This document shows positions 41,205 through 53,747 of a DNA stretch of 64,000 nt, one piece after another. Within the stretch, counting starts at the first letter, position 1. The number at the start of each line of letters is the position of its first letter. Location of the stretch: positions 41,850,001-41,914,000 of the forward strand of contig OZ024741.1 in assembly GCA_964016885.1 (NCBI GenBank), given 5' to 3'. Source of the DNA: Eledone cirrhosa (lineage: Eukaryota). The notes beneath the pieces are model-generated. The model had not been told where the DNA came from and ran no database searches. It saw only the letters and a program-made list of their open reading frames with translations. Position numbers and translations under genes: made by a program.

Positions 41205-42475
41205 ATAACAACAACGAATAACACAACAACAACGAATAACACAACAACAACAACAACAACGACTAACACAACAACTAACAACAACAACGACTAACAACAA
41301 CAACGACGACTAACAACAACAACGACTAACAACAACAACGACTAACAACAACGACTAACACAACAATAGCAACGACTAACAACAACAACGACTAACAACA
41401 ACTAACAACAACAACGGGCGATATCCAATTTTAGCGGCCTAAATGCCGCTTACTTGCTGCAGTTGCTGCTTACTTCAATGTATGAGGCTATTCCAACAAA
41501 TTTACATTCCCCTTTTTTTTAGCCGTTAAAAGAAATATAGATTTATTTATTTTTATTTTTTTGCGATTTATTTGCCACTGGGGCATAGATTTCTTTATTT
41601 GCCCCTTTTTTGTTTGTTTGTTTTTTTGCGATTTATTAGCCTTTTGGGGTCACACACGCCCCCGTAGAAAGTGTGCGACCTTTCTGCCAGGGAGTACAGA
41701 GAGAGGGGGGTGCTCCCTTCTTCTCTTACCTGTACAAGCCGATATAGAGAGATGGCCCACTTACACGGGCCATTATTGCTACTTTCACCCATCTTTCATG
41801 GAATTGGCTGGGACTGAATGCCTTTTTCGGGTTAAAGTAGCAATAATGGCCCGTGTAAGTGGGCCATCTCTCTATATCGGCTTGTACAGGTAAGAGAAGA
41901 AGGGAGCACCCCCTCTCTCTCTCTCTGTACTCCCTGGCAGAAAGGTCGCACACTTTCTACGGGGGTGTGTGTGACCCCAAAAGGCTAATAAATCGCAAAA
42001 AAGCAAACAAACAAAAAAGGGGCAAATAAATCGCAAAAAATAAAAAATAAATAAATCTATATTTCTTTTAACGGCTAAAAAAAGGGGGAATGTAAATGTT
42101 GGAATAGCCTCATACATTGAAGTAAGCAGCAACTGCAGCAAGTAAGCGGCATTTAGACAGCTGAAATTGGATATCGCCCAACAACGACTAACAACAACGA
42201 CTAACACAACAACAACAACGACTAACAACAACAACGACTAACACAACAACAACAACGACTAACAACAACGACTAACAACAACAAAGACTAACACAACAAC
42301 AAAGACTAACACAACAACAACGACTAACAACAACGACTAACAACAACAAAGACTAACAACAACAAAGACTAACAACAACAAAGACTAACAACAACAACAA
42401 CCATGACCACAACAACGACTAACAACAACAACCACCACAACCATGACTACAACAACAATGACTACAACAACAAAT
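41205..42475. repeat. (AAC)n/AACGACT microsatellite split by the fold-back element
   Basis: Same motif on both sides of 41416-42179. Confidence 0.9.
41416..42179. mobile_element. Fold-back non-autonomous DNA transposon (arms ~350-375 bp, 38-bp loop)
   Basis: Termini GGGCGATATCCAATT...AATTGGATATCGCCC. Arms 41416-41790 and 41829-42179 are reverse complements. Confidence 0.88.
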
Positions 42476-42488
42476 GATCAATAAGGTT

Positions 42489-42870
42489 TGTAGTGACCTA
42501 CATTCCGCGGGCTCACATACATTCTCTGTGCGTGATTTGGCTCAGTTCAGCCAATCAGCGCCAGTAGAAGAGGATGTATCCCTACGCGCCCTGAGGAAGA
42601 AATTCCCCGCGAAGATTTGAAGAATCTCTCTCTTGTACCGGAAACTTCAAGCCAGCAACACGCATAATGTAACGGTGAGATTTGCACCCTAGCCTCGCCG
42701 GCTTAACGGCGCAACGGCACATTCCCTTTTGTAACCTCTTTTTATCTGTAACTTCAACCATATAAATAAACAAACATTTCATCTCTAATTACTGCTGTTG
42801 AAATCGTTGTTATGTTACTCGTGTCTCAATGAAATCTATAATCCATGCTGCTGGAATTGGCGACCTGACG
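42489..42870 (+). mobile_element. Probable LTR-retrotransposon LTR with primer-binding site
   Basis: Starts TGTAGTGA. Contains CCAATCAG and TATAAATAAA, is CpG-richer than its flanks, and is followed by TGGCGACC (42858-42865). No canonical CA end or second LTR was seen. Confidence 0.4.
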
Positions 42871-43059
42871 AAAGGAATATTGTAAATAGATGGTAAATAG
42901 ATCGAGGGACCTTCCCTCACGTCTATGTCAACAAGATAACCCAACGAGGATACTATCACTTACCACACTGGCAACTAACGACCACTGATTCAACCACCCT
43001 GCTAAAGGTTCTTCAAACAATAAGACCATATGTTGCTTTATTGTGAGGTATCAGAATAT

Positions 43060-44266
43060 GGAGGGTTGGGAGAATGAGAGGGGGTAAGATGGGGGGAGAG
43101 GGATTGGGATGAGGGAGAGCAGAGGGAATGATAAAGAGATAAGAGAGAGAGAGGATGAGAGGGAGAAGAGGATATGAGAGGGAGAAGAGAATGTGAGAGA
43201 GAGGATGAGAGGGAGAAGAGAATGTGAGAGAGAGGATGAGAGGGAGAAGAGAATGTGAGAGAGAGGATGAGAGGGAGAAGAGAATGTGAGAGAGGATGAG
43301 AGGGAGAAGAGTATGTGAGAGAGAGGATGAGAGGGAGAAGAGGATGAGAGGGAGAAGAGGATGTGAGAGAGAGGATGAGAGGGAGAAGAGGATGTGAGAG
43401 AGAGAGGATGAGAGGGAGAGGATGAGAGGGAGAGGATGAGAGGGAGAAGAGGATGTGAAAGATAAGAGAGGGGGGGATAGAGAGAGGGGGACAGAGATAG
43501 GACAGAGAGATGGGACAGAGCTGGGATAGAGAGGGGGATAGAGATGGGATGGAGATGGGGATAGAGAGGGGGATAGAGATGGGGATGGAGAGGGGGATAG
43601 AGATGGGCTAGAAAGGGGGATAGAGATGGGGATAGAAAGGGGGATAGAGAGGGGGATAGAGATGGGATAGAAAGGGGGATAGAGAGGGGGATAGAGAGGG
43701 GGATAGAGATGGGGATAGAGATGGGGATAGAAAGGCGGATAGAGATGGGGATAGAGATGGGATAGAGATGGGATAGAGATGGGATAGAGATGGGATAGAG
43801 ATGGGATAGAGATGGGATAGAGATGGGATAGAGATGGGGATAGAGAGGGGGATAGAGATAGGATAGAGAGGGGGATAGATAGGGGGATAGAGATGGGATA
43901 GAGATGGGGATAGAGATGGGATAGAGATGGGATAGAGAGGGGGATAGAGATGGGATAGAAAGGGGGATAGAGATGGGATAGAGAGGGGGATAGAGATGGG
44001 GATAGAGAGGGGGATAGAGATAGGATAGAGAGGGGGATAGAGAGGGGGATAGAGATGGGATAGAGAGGGGGATAGATAGGGGGATAGAGATGGGATAGAG
44101 ATGGGGATAGAGATGGGATAGAGATGGGATAGAGAGGGGGATAGAGATGGGATAGAAAGGGGGATAGAGATGGGATAGAGAGGGGGATAGAGATGGGGAT
44201 AGAGAGGGGGATAGAGAGGGGATACAGATAGGATAGAGAGGGGGATAGAGAGGGGGATAGAGATGG
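43060..44266. repeat. Purine-rich satellite (GAGAGGATGAGAGG.. then GGGATAGAGA units)
   Basis: Directly visible. Confidence 0.95.
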
Positions 44267-44990
44267 GATTTACCTGTTTTCGTGCGGCCTCCAAACCCCA
44301 CACTTGTGCCTGGCTCCATGCCTTGCCCCTCCTTCTCCACTGGCACACAGCTAGACAACAACAGCCTGCGCATCGGCGTTTCCTTGGGGCTCGGCCTCCG
44401 GATCTGCCAGCCACACCAATGATGCTACGGACCCACTGTGGACTCTTTCGGCCTCCACCCGCTTACCTGTCGCCACGGTGGCGGCCGCCATCCACGCCAT
44501 GCTGCCCTAAACGAGGTCATAAAGCATGGCTTGAACGCTGCAGGCTTCCCTTCCCAGTTCAAGCTGGGGCTGGACCGAGGGGACGGCAAAAGGCCAGATG
44601 GCATGACCATCTTCCTGTTCCGCGGTGGAAAACCCCTCGTCTGGGATGCCACTTGCACCAACACTTTCGTCAACCACAACCTGGTGCAGTCTGCGACTAA
44701 CCCAGGTTCTGCTGCATATCAGGGCTGAGGATGCCAAACTCCTCAAATACCGGTCGCTCTCCGACAGGTTTGTGGTTGTACCCTTGGCAGTGGAGACTTC
44801 TGGTGTCCTCGGCCCCAGGGCTACCTCCCTACTCACCACCATAGGCGCTGAGTCGGCCAGCCACAAGTGTGAGCCCCGCGAGTTGGAGTGGCTTTTCCAG
44901 CGCGTCTCCCTTGCCGTTCTCCGGGGAAACACCTTCTCCATTCGGTCCACCAGGGCTGTGTGGAGGGAGAGGAGGGGGGAGGGGTAATCA
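44267..44990 (+). pseudogene. CRE-clade non-LTR retrotransposon C-terminus (zinc knuckle + RLE)
   Basis: Across frameshifts: AWLHALP, H-PLTC..GR..RHAALNE, GDGKRPDG..W/F..GKPLVWDATC, AEDAKLLKY, PLAVETSGVLG, FQRVSLAVLRGN. This is the characteristic CRE/MoTeR-type motif series. Confidence 0.8.
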
Positions 44991-45236
44991 AGTTTTTAAA
45001 ATTTTAAAACGCTCCCATGATTACATGAATATTGACCAGACCGACAATATCACAAATACCTCTTAGGGGGAGAAATACTCAAGTGTTAACATGATCAATT
45101 TGTGATGGTGGTGGTTGTGGTGGTGGTGGAGGAGGTGGAGGTGGTGGTGGTTATGGTGGAGGTGGAGGAGGTGGTGGTGGTGGTGGTTATATTAATGGTG
45201 ATGATGATGAACTCTATCATTTTTTTACCATGGTAC

Positions 45237-45623
45237 ATCATCATCATCATCATCATCATCGTTTAACGTCCGTGTTCCATGCTTGCATGGGTTTGGACGG
45301 GAGTTTTCCCACTTGAGGCAAGAGTGGTTGTCTTGCTCGCATAGGACTGTCTGGCGGGTTTTCTACAGCTGGATGCCCTTCCTAACACCAACCACATTTA
45401 CAGTGTGGACTGGGAGGTTTTTACCGTGTTGCCTACACGGTCACATTACAGCGTGGACTGTGTGTTTTTTTTTGTCGTGACACCTACACGACCTCATTTG
45501 TTTCGGCCTGGATTTTGTGGCACCAACATAACTGTACATTGAAAGGGGTGGTGTGGATGGGGTGGTGGTGGTGGGACGGGGGTGTATTTTGTTAGAGATG
45601 CCTACTGACTGTAGTAGGTTTTA
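45237..45623 (-). mobile_element. RTE 3'-UTR-only insertion (copy 2/3 subfamily)
   Basis: (CAT)n at 45237-45260 followed by the reverse complement of the UTR at 38800-39305. Confidence 0.9.
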
Positions 45624-45874
45624 CATATATAATATATGAATAGTAATTTACAATAAAACGTGTTAGAATAAAAAAACAAAGGTAAGAGGTGAATAAGTTA
45701 TCACTGTTAAAAATATGAGATTTAATAGAGTAAACTACTCAGAAGGCTACATGGTATGAACTTCTTATTTCAGATGTTTAAGCAGACTCATAGAACAAAT
45801 ATTACATTGAAAAGAAGACAGAAGACTTAATTGTAAAAGTCTCTGGTCTTCTTAATGTAATTATACATACACAT

Positions 45875-45915
<41 letters not shown>

Positions 45916-45917
<2 letters not shown>

Positions 45918-48631
45918 GGAAGCTAAAGGACCCCACAGCCAGAAATAAATTTCAAAGCATATTACTTGATGCTTTCGACAGTAAGGAAGAGCAATTAGAG
46001 TCGTATATTATAGAGGAACAGTGGAAATTCCTGAAAGCAAACCTGCTGACGGCGGCAGACGAAGTCTGTGGCTGGAGCAGGCCTGTAGGTAGGAGGAGAG
46101 TAACATGGTGGTGGAACAGTAAGGTGGAGGAGTCAATTAAGGCCAAAAAGCAGGCTTGGAAAGTATGGCAGGATGGGGGAAGTAGAGAAGACTATCAAGT
46201 GGCCAGGAGGGAAGCTAGGAGACAAGTGTACTTCGCAAGAAGGGAAGCAGAGGAAAGAAAGTTCAAGCATGTTCTACAACGCGAGGACCAAAAACGTGAG
46301 GTGTTCAGGATTGCTAGGCAATGTGTCAAGGAAAACCGTGATATTGTCGGGGAGAAGTGTGTACTTAATGATGAAGGCGTACTTGCCATCACTGACGCCG
46401 ATAAGAAGGTAGCTTGGAAGAGTCACTACAAAAGGCTTCTAAATGAGGAGAATAAATGGGAGAAAGACAGTCTCCCCCACATCGACCCAATAGAGGGACC
46501 AGCAGTGTTAGTCGAAGGTAGTATAATAAGTAAGGCAATCAAAGATATGAAGGCGGGTAAGGCGGCTGGGCCTTCGGAAATAGTTGCTGAGATGCTGAAA
46601 GCCTCTGGAACGGTGGGACACACCATGGTCTCCCGGATAGTAAACCAAGTCATACAGAATGGGGTTGTTCCGAAGGACTGGCGTAGCAGCATCATCATTA
46701 ACTGTTACAAGGGTAAAGGAGATGCCCTAGATAGGTGTAACTATAGAGGCATTAAATTAATCGACCAGGTCATGAAGGTCACGGAAAAAGTAATAGCGCA
46801 ACTAATCAGAGAGAGAATTGATCTAGATGAAATGCAGTTCGGGTTTGTGTCAGGCAAAAGTACCACAGATGCTCTTTTCATTGTACGACAACTACAGGAG
46901 AAGTACCTAGCTAAAAGTAAACCCCTATACTTAGCTTTTGTTGACTTGGAGAAAGCCTTCGACAGAGTCCCCCGTTCCATTATCTGGTGGGCTCTTAGAA
47001 AACTAGGTGTTGACGAATGGCTTGTCAGAGCTATACAAGCCATGTATAAAGAAACAGTCAGCAAGGTTAGAATTAACAACGAATATAGTGAAGAGTTTAG
47101 CGTAAAAGTTGGTGTCCATCAGGGCTCTGTTCTTAGCCCCCTCCTATTTATTATGTCTCTTCAGGCTATAACAGAGGAGTTCAAGACCGGCTGCCCATGG
47201 GAACTCCTATACGCAGATGATCTAACGCTCATAGCTGAATCAATGGCCGAGCTAGAGAAGAAATTCCAAACATGGAAGCACGGCCTAGAATCAAAAGGCC
47301 TTAAAATTAACCTGGCTAAGACTAAAGTTTTAGTTTGTAGGAAAGAAAATAAGGCGCCGGTCCCTTCCGGGAAATGGCCATGCTCAGTGTGTAGGAAAGG
47401 CGTAGGTAGAAACTCCATTTTATGTCCCAAATGCAAAGTATCGGCGCATAAAAGATGTAGTGGGATCACAGGTAAGCTAACTAAGAACATAGATTTTACA
47501 TGTGGCCGGTGCTCTGGTGCAATAAGTAGCAGCAAGTGCCCACCAAATACTAGCTCTTTCAATTGCGCAGAGGGTTCTATAGAAATAGTGGACAGCTTCC
47601 GTTACCTGGGTGACAAAATCAGCAGTGGGGGGCGGGTGCTCTGAAAGTACAGTAGCTAGAGTCAGAACTGGATGGAAAAAGTTCAGAGAGCTTATACCAC
47701 TATTAGCCACTAAAGGGTTCTCCCTAAAAGTGAAAGGCAGGTTGAATGATGCCTGCATACGAACAGCAATGTTGCATGGCAGTGAGACCTGGGCATTGTG
47801 TGCAGAAGATATACGCAGACTAGAGAGGAACGAAGCTTGCATGCTCCGCTGGATGTGTAATAGTAACATACGTGAACGGCAAAGCATAAGCAAACTAAGG
47901 AAAAAATTAGAAATAAGAGGGATCAGATGTTGTTTACTCGAGAGAAGGCTACGTTGGTATGGTCACGTGATGCGCATGAAAGACGACAGCTGTATAACAA
48001 AGTGCAGGGCCAGAAAGATAGACGGTAGCTACGGAGTAGGCAGACCCAGAAAAACCTGGGACGAGCTGATAAATTCTGACCTCACACACTTACACCTCTC
48101 CAAGACAATGTCACTGGACCGAGACCTTTGGCGGTACTCAGTAATAGAGAAAACCCGCCTTACCTAAATACAAAGTAAACCCTACTACAGCCAGTAGGCA
48201 TCTCTAACAAAATACACCCCCGTCCCACCACCCCCCACCCCATCCACACCGCCCCTTCAATGTAAAGTTATGTTTGTGCCACAACATCCAGGCCGAAACA
48301 ACTGAGATCGCGTAGACACAGTCCACGCTGTAATGTGGTCGTGTAGGCAACACGGTAAAAACCTCCCAGCCCCACACTGTAAATGTGGTTGGTGTTAGGA
48401 AGGGCATCCAGCTGTAGAAAACCTGCCAGACAGTCCACGCTGTAATGTGGCTTGGTAGGCAACACGGTAAAAACCTCCCAGCCCCACACTGTAAATGTGG
48501 TTGGTGTTAGGAAGGGCATCCAGCTGTAGAAAACCCGCCAGGCAGTCCTATGCGAGCAAGATAATCACTCTTGCCTCAAATGGGAAAACCCCCGTCCAAA
48601 CCCATGCAAGCGTGGAACACGGACGTTAAAC

Positions 48632-48670
<39 letters not shown>
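45916..48670 (+). mobile_element. RTE-clade LINE copy 3 (linker, full RT, PHD finger, C-terminus, UTR, tail; APE domain missing)
   Basis: Open from 45917 (WKL..EVCG..TWWWN) through KAAGP, YKGKGD..NYRGI, QFGF, FVDLEKAFDRV, QGSVLSP and YADD. A single +1 frameshift sits in a G-run at about 47627-47633. Stop at 48167; (ATG)n at 48632-48670. Confidence 0.96.
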
Positions 48671-48735
48671 ATACTGTTGGCTTTTTGCTACAATGTTTTC
48701 TATACCTTTCATTGATATATATATATATATATATA

Positions 48736-49625
48736 CAGGGTGCAGGCGATATTTGTTCGCAAGATTACTGTCTAGGAAAAATTAACACAGTAGTTTTATT
48801 TTTTAAGATATATTTATCAAACTTGAGTCAGTTTGTCTTCATGACTTGTTCTTTCGATCTCACTCGATAAACCCACTATTGGCTTTGAGGACGGCCTCAA
48901 AGCGGCCTCGGAAATGGTTACAGGCCTTCGTCACTGTCCCCCAACTTAGGCCCCTAAAGGCACTTGTGATCCTGGCCTTCAGATCGTCTTTCGTATTGCA
49001 GCTAGATCTGTTGGTGTCTCGTTCCACTGCGCCCCACACAAAGAAGTCGAGGGGTTGCAGTCAGGCGAGCTGGGAGGCTAGATGTCAGGTGAAGTGTGGT
49101 CGACGAAGTTCTGACAGCCAGGCTTGGGTCTTTCGGCTGGTATGGCAGGGCGCTGAGTCTTGCTGCCACACGTACGGCCTACCTACAGCTACCTGGTCGA
49201 TCCAGGGCTTTACTACTTCGCTCAGAACGCGGATATAGCTATTGGTGTTCAGCTTGAGGCCCTCAGGGAAGAAGTGAGGTGGCATGACGTCACCTTGACT
49301 GCTGACGACACCTAAGACCAATGTTGTCACTGGAAACTTTGTCAGCATGACTCTGGGCACGTCTTTGGATGAGACAGCGAGCCACCTGTCGTTCTGGGAG
49401 TTGATCTTCTGGTCCTTATTTGTCCTCTCGACGCGGATTCCAAGGAGAACTCCGTGTCTCTTCCACAAATTTGGAGGTTCAAAATTATTCATAATCAATT
49501 ATTCTGAAAATATATTAATGGAAATATAGTCACTGTTTTTATGAAGAGAAGAGTGACAACGGAAGTAAAAAAATTTGCATAAAATTAGCAGTTGAAAATT
49601 CCGAACAAATATCATCCACACCCTG
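48736..49625 (-). mobile_element. Tc1/mariner DD37D (maT-like) element, internally deleted, both TIRs present
   Basis: TA-CAGGGTG..GATATTTGTTCG / CGAACAAATATC..CACCCTG-TA. Minus-strand translation NSQNDR, WQQDSAPCHT, PPSSPDCNP(L)DFFVW. About 37 residues separate the last two Asp after correcting frameshifts. Confidence 0.88.
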
Positions 49626-49860
49626 TATATATATATATCATCATCATCATCATCACCGTTTTACGTCCTTTCTTCCACGCTAGCATGGATTATACATATA
49701 TACATATACATATATACATATACATACATACACATACATATACACATACATACACATATATACATACATATATACATATACATACATATATACATATAGA
49801 TATGTATATGAGGAAAAGAAATCAAAAATGCAACTGGAGTCTTTTAAGAATACTTGTTTA

Positions 49861-49908
49861 TTTCCTTTACCGGTTTCACAGTTCTTATGCTTTTCAAAAG
49901 TAAAATTG
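49861..49908 (-). ncRNA. Degenerate minimal type I hammerhead ribozyme motif
   Basis: Minus strand: ttttactt-TTGAAAA-gca(taagaac)tgt-GAAA-ccgg-TA-aaggaaa. Helices I and II pair and helix III is palindromic, but the core has 2 substitutions versus CUGANGA. Confidence 0.45.
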
Positions 49909-50004
49909 AGATGGAGGGTTTGTGATGAAAAGTAAACATAACAGCCAAACGATAGAGTTACAATGAAGATATATATTAGTTTAATACTTGATATAGTAGG
50001 AAAA

Positions 50005-50045
50005 GAGTGTTAACATTTCAGACGTTAGTCGTTCATCAGAAGATG
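50005..50045 (-). ncRNA. Degenerate minimal hammerhead motif
   Basis: Minus strand: CTGATGA-ac-gac(taac)gtc-t-GAAA-tg-TT (GAAACGTT after CpG decay). Helix I is weak. Confidence 0.35.
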
Positions 50046-51129
50046 GAATGAGAAATAAAAGAAGAAATAGAAAGATAGAGGAGAATGAGAAGAGGAAGAA
50101 ACAGAAAACATTGTGTCAGTTAAACATTTTAGGGCAGTGTATATATTGAGAGGACACTTTGGACATATCAAAAATCTGATGAGTGCTCTAGTGCTAGTAC
50201 TATGTCTCCAGTACTCTCTGTAAAGGGATTAAAATAAGGAAGGGCACCTAGTCATTGAAATTATGAGAAACAAAGGATTGTCACCTGGTCTCTATGACAA
50301 CAGTCACTCCAATTAAGAACTGACTTCGTTAGTAACAGCTTCTTCCAACCCATGCTAGTATGGGAAAACAGATCTAAAATAATAGTTTTTTGTGTGTGTA
50401 TGTGTATATATATATATATATTGAACCTAATATAACTGTAAATATTGCCTCCTGTATTTTGTTGTTTCATTTATTAGAGAGCAAGGAGGAGGAGGAGGAG
50501 GCCTATGCTGATAGGTAGCATGTCTAATCAGTGTGTTTCAAATACAAAGATCATTCTCTGCAGCAATATAAAGGGAAAACAGTTTAATCCACAAATAAAA
50601 AAGACAGAGCAAAGCAAGCTTAGAATTTTGACAAGAAGAAACAGGATGTAACATTTTAATTTATTTTCCCCACCTTTGCTAAAGTCACTGGCATTGCATC
50701 ATTAATACACCACCCAAGGGCTAAAACTTTGGATTTGCTTGTTACATTCATGGCAATAACCATTCTTAATTCACGTCCAGTACTTCCTTTAACTGTAGTA
50801 TAAAGCCTTGAAGGATGCAGTTTTATTTAATAAACCAGAGTGTAAAGAAGACATTCCATTTCCGTTGTAAACTCCCAGAATTGCTGCAGAAGTTTCCCAA
50901 TTAAACTAGAGCAATTTTATAAAAACAAATACATATGGTGGTGCCCCAGCATGGCCTCAGCCTCTCGGCTGGAACACGTGATAGAGTAATATATATATGT
51001 ATAGAGAGAGATAGAGAGAAAGAGAGAGAGATAATAAAGGAGTACTCAATACTGTGATAAACAGGCAAAACTCTAGAGTAACAAAGCTCACTATTCAGCC
51101 TTCATAAAAACATTTATAAATATATATAT

Positions 51130-51285
51130 ACATAAGTTAAAATGGTCATACACACTGAGACGATGGTTAAGAAGCCATTAACCACTCATTTTGTTTGACC
51201 CGTTTAGCTTGTTCGCTTTTTTGGTTATGGTGGTTAATGGCTTCTTAACCATCGTCTCAGCGTGTATGAGCATTTTAACTTATGT
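51130..51285. repeat. Inverted repeat, 56-bp arms, 44-bp loop
   Basis: 51130-51185 versus 51230-51285, 2 mismatches, adjacent to (TA)n. Confidence 0.9.
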
Positions 51286-51398
51286 TTATAGCTCTGGTAT
51301 ATTCTTCATATGCATGGACCGCTTGTCTGCACAATATGGAAGTTGCGTTTCGCTAATTTCTACCCGCCGAAATGCGATTCTCGCTAAATTTATATTTG

Positions 51399-51428
<30 letters not shown>

Positions 51429-51430
<2 letters not shown>

Positions 51431-51588
51431 TGAAAAAAAGGAAAAGAATGACTTCACGTGTAGTTCTAAATAATTTGATTTAATTTTATAATATTATGAG
51501 TTGGCAGATCTACCAACTTATAATATTATAAAATTAAATCAAATTATTCAGAACTACACGTGAAGTCATTCATTTCCTTTTTATCAAA
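51429..51588. repeat. Spacer-less ~160-bp palindrome centred on AGATCT, flanked by (TA)n
   Basis: Centre at 51508/51509; the arms pair with a few mismatches. Confidence 0.93.
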
Positions 51589-51603
51589 TATATATATATA
51601 TAT

Positions 51604-51795
51604 GAAAATGTTTAACCCCAACAGCAGAGCTCAAGCCGTTTCAACAGCTATTTCTGGACGGAAATAGCCGTCGAAACGGCTTGAGCTCTGCCGTCGGGGT
51701 TAAACATTTTCCTATTACCCTGCGGTCCAAGCTGAAGATTCGCATGAGGTGAAACAATTGTTCTCGGTATGGTGAACTGTTGTGTTACTACTTCT
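51604..51795 (+). mobile_element. Penelope-terminal derivative: ~108-bp palindrome + hammerhead-like 3' end
   Basis: Palindrome at 51604-51711. It is followed by CTGAAGA..GAAACAATTGTTCTCGGTATGGTGAACTGTTGTGTTACTACT, which matches the 3' end of the Penelope element at 55677-55743. Confidence 0.7.
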
Positions 51796-51814
51796 ATATA
51801 TATATATATATATC

Positions 51815-52060
51815 TAGGGCGGGTAAAATTCCCGAGATCCATGGACGAGTTCTCTCCAGCGGTCTCTGTCCCTCATTATCGCTGCCATGTCCTGCGTCTC
51901 CAAGAGACCAGTGTCTGTCCTTAGAGCATCAACATATGTCAACCTCAGTCTCCCTATTCTAGTGTGTCCATGCAGGGGCTCCCACAGGAGCACTGAGTGC
52001 AGTGTTAACTGTGGATGTCGGTGAGCATGTCCAGCTAACCTCAGTCTCCTCTGAACTACT
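51815..52060 (-). pseudogene. RTE-group (RTEX-like) LINE 3' end
   Basis: RRLRLAGHAHRH..LLWEPLHG...GR...TYVDAL..DTG..MRDRDRW ending at (TA)n. A second fragment lies at 56280-56400 (+). Confidence 0.7.
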
Positions 52061-52284
52061 ATATATATATATTTATTAAAATAACAAAAGTTTAAGCAAA
52101 GAATCGTTGCTTTCACCCTTAATTTCACCCTGTTATTTTAATTTGCTCTACGGTTCTTATATATTTGATATATATTTATCCTTATCGACCCTTCATTGGA
52201 TTTTATTCTTCACATTTATTATTATTTATATATATATATATACATGCGAGCGTGGAATATGGAAGTTAAACGATGATGATGATG

Positions 52285-52325
<41 letters not shown>

Positions 52326-52829
52326 TATCTGATGATGATATATATGTATATATATATATGACTAGCTTCCACACAGTTTCCACCTCCCAAATTTTATTCA
52401 ATCTGAGTTTATAGAAGACATTTAGCCAAGGGGTCACACCACGAGTGAATCTAAAACTAAATGGTTCCAAACGAAACTCATTAACCACACAGCCATGCCT
52501 ATGACTATTAACACACACACAGAGAGAGACAGAAACAAAAAAGAAAAAAAAGGATAATTTAAACACAAAGAAAACTACAAGTAAAATATATACAGAAGCT
52601 AAAATGAGGAAAATGGATGTTAAATAAAAGACAAAAATTGGAGTGGAAAAAGAACTAAAATAAAGTATGAAAATATGCACACTGATTGATGGATTCAGTT
52701 CAGCAAGACTTTTGCTGCAACCTCATAAATTCAATCAGGTTCAATAGTGATATTTTCTTTTCAGGAGCTCACACTTAAGCTCATAAGTATGTTGTTAATG
52801 TGTTTTAAAATGTGTGCCAAGAAGTAAAA

Positions 52830-53405
<576 letters not shown>

Positions 53406-53747
53406 AGAGAGACAGTAACAGTGGTAAATAACATATATATAAAAAGGGGGAATTAGGTACAATATGAAAAAAAGACAATGTACAAGAAGGAAATGTGTTT
53501 GTAAACAGATAAAAAAAAGAACAAACAATTCGATAATGATACAAAAACAAAGAACAAATGAACCACTTAGCTAAGTTCCACCAGTACTAAGTTCTGATTA
53601 AAACAGGTTTAACCCTTTTGATGCCAACACTCCTAATACTGCCACTGATTTCATGATACAAAGCTTTGGAATATAAACTCTCATATATAGGTTAATTTAT
53701 ACCACTATTCATGCATATATACCACATATAGTCTCTTTTTTTTCCCC

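Noticed and set aside
45800-45862. miRNA-like hairpin
   Set aside because: An imperfect AT-rich stem next to (TA)n, with no recognisable mature sequence. It cannot be distinguished from the TE-derived palindromes.
46195-47893. Minus-strand ORFs overlapping RTE copy 3
   Set aside because: Antisense shadows of the LINE ORF2.
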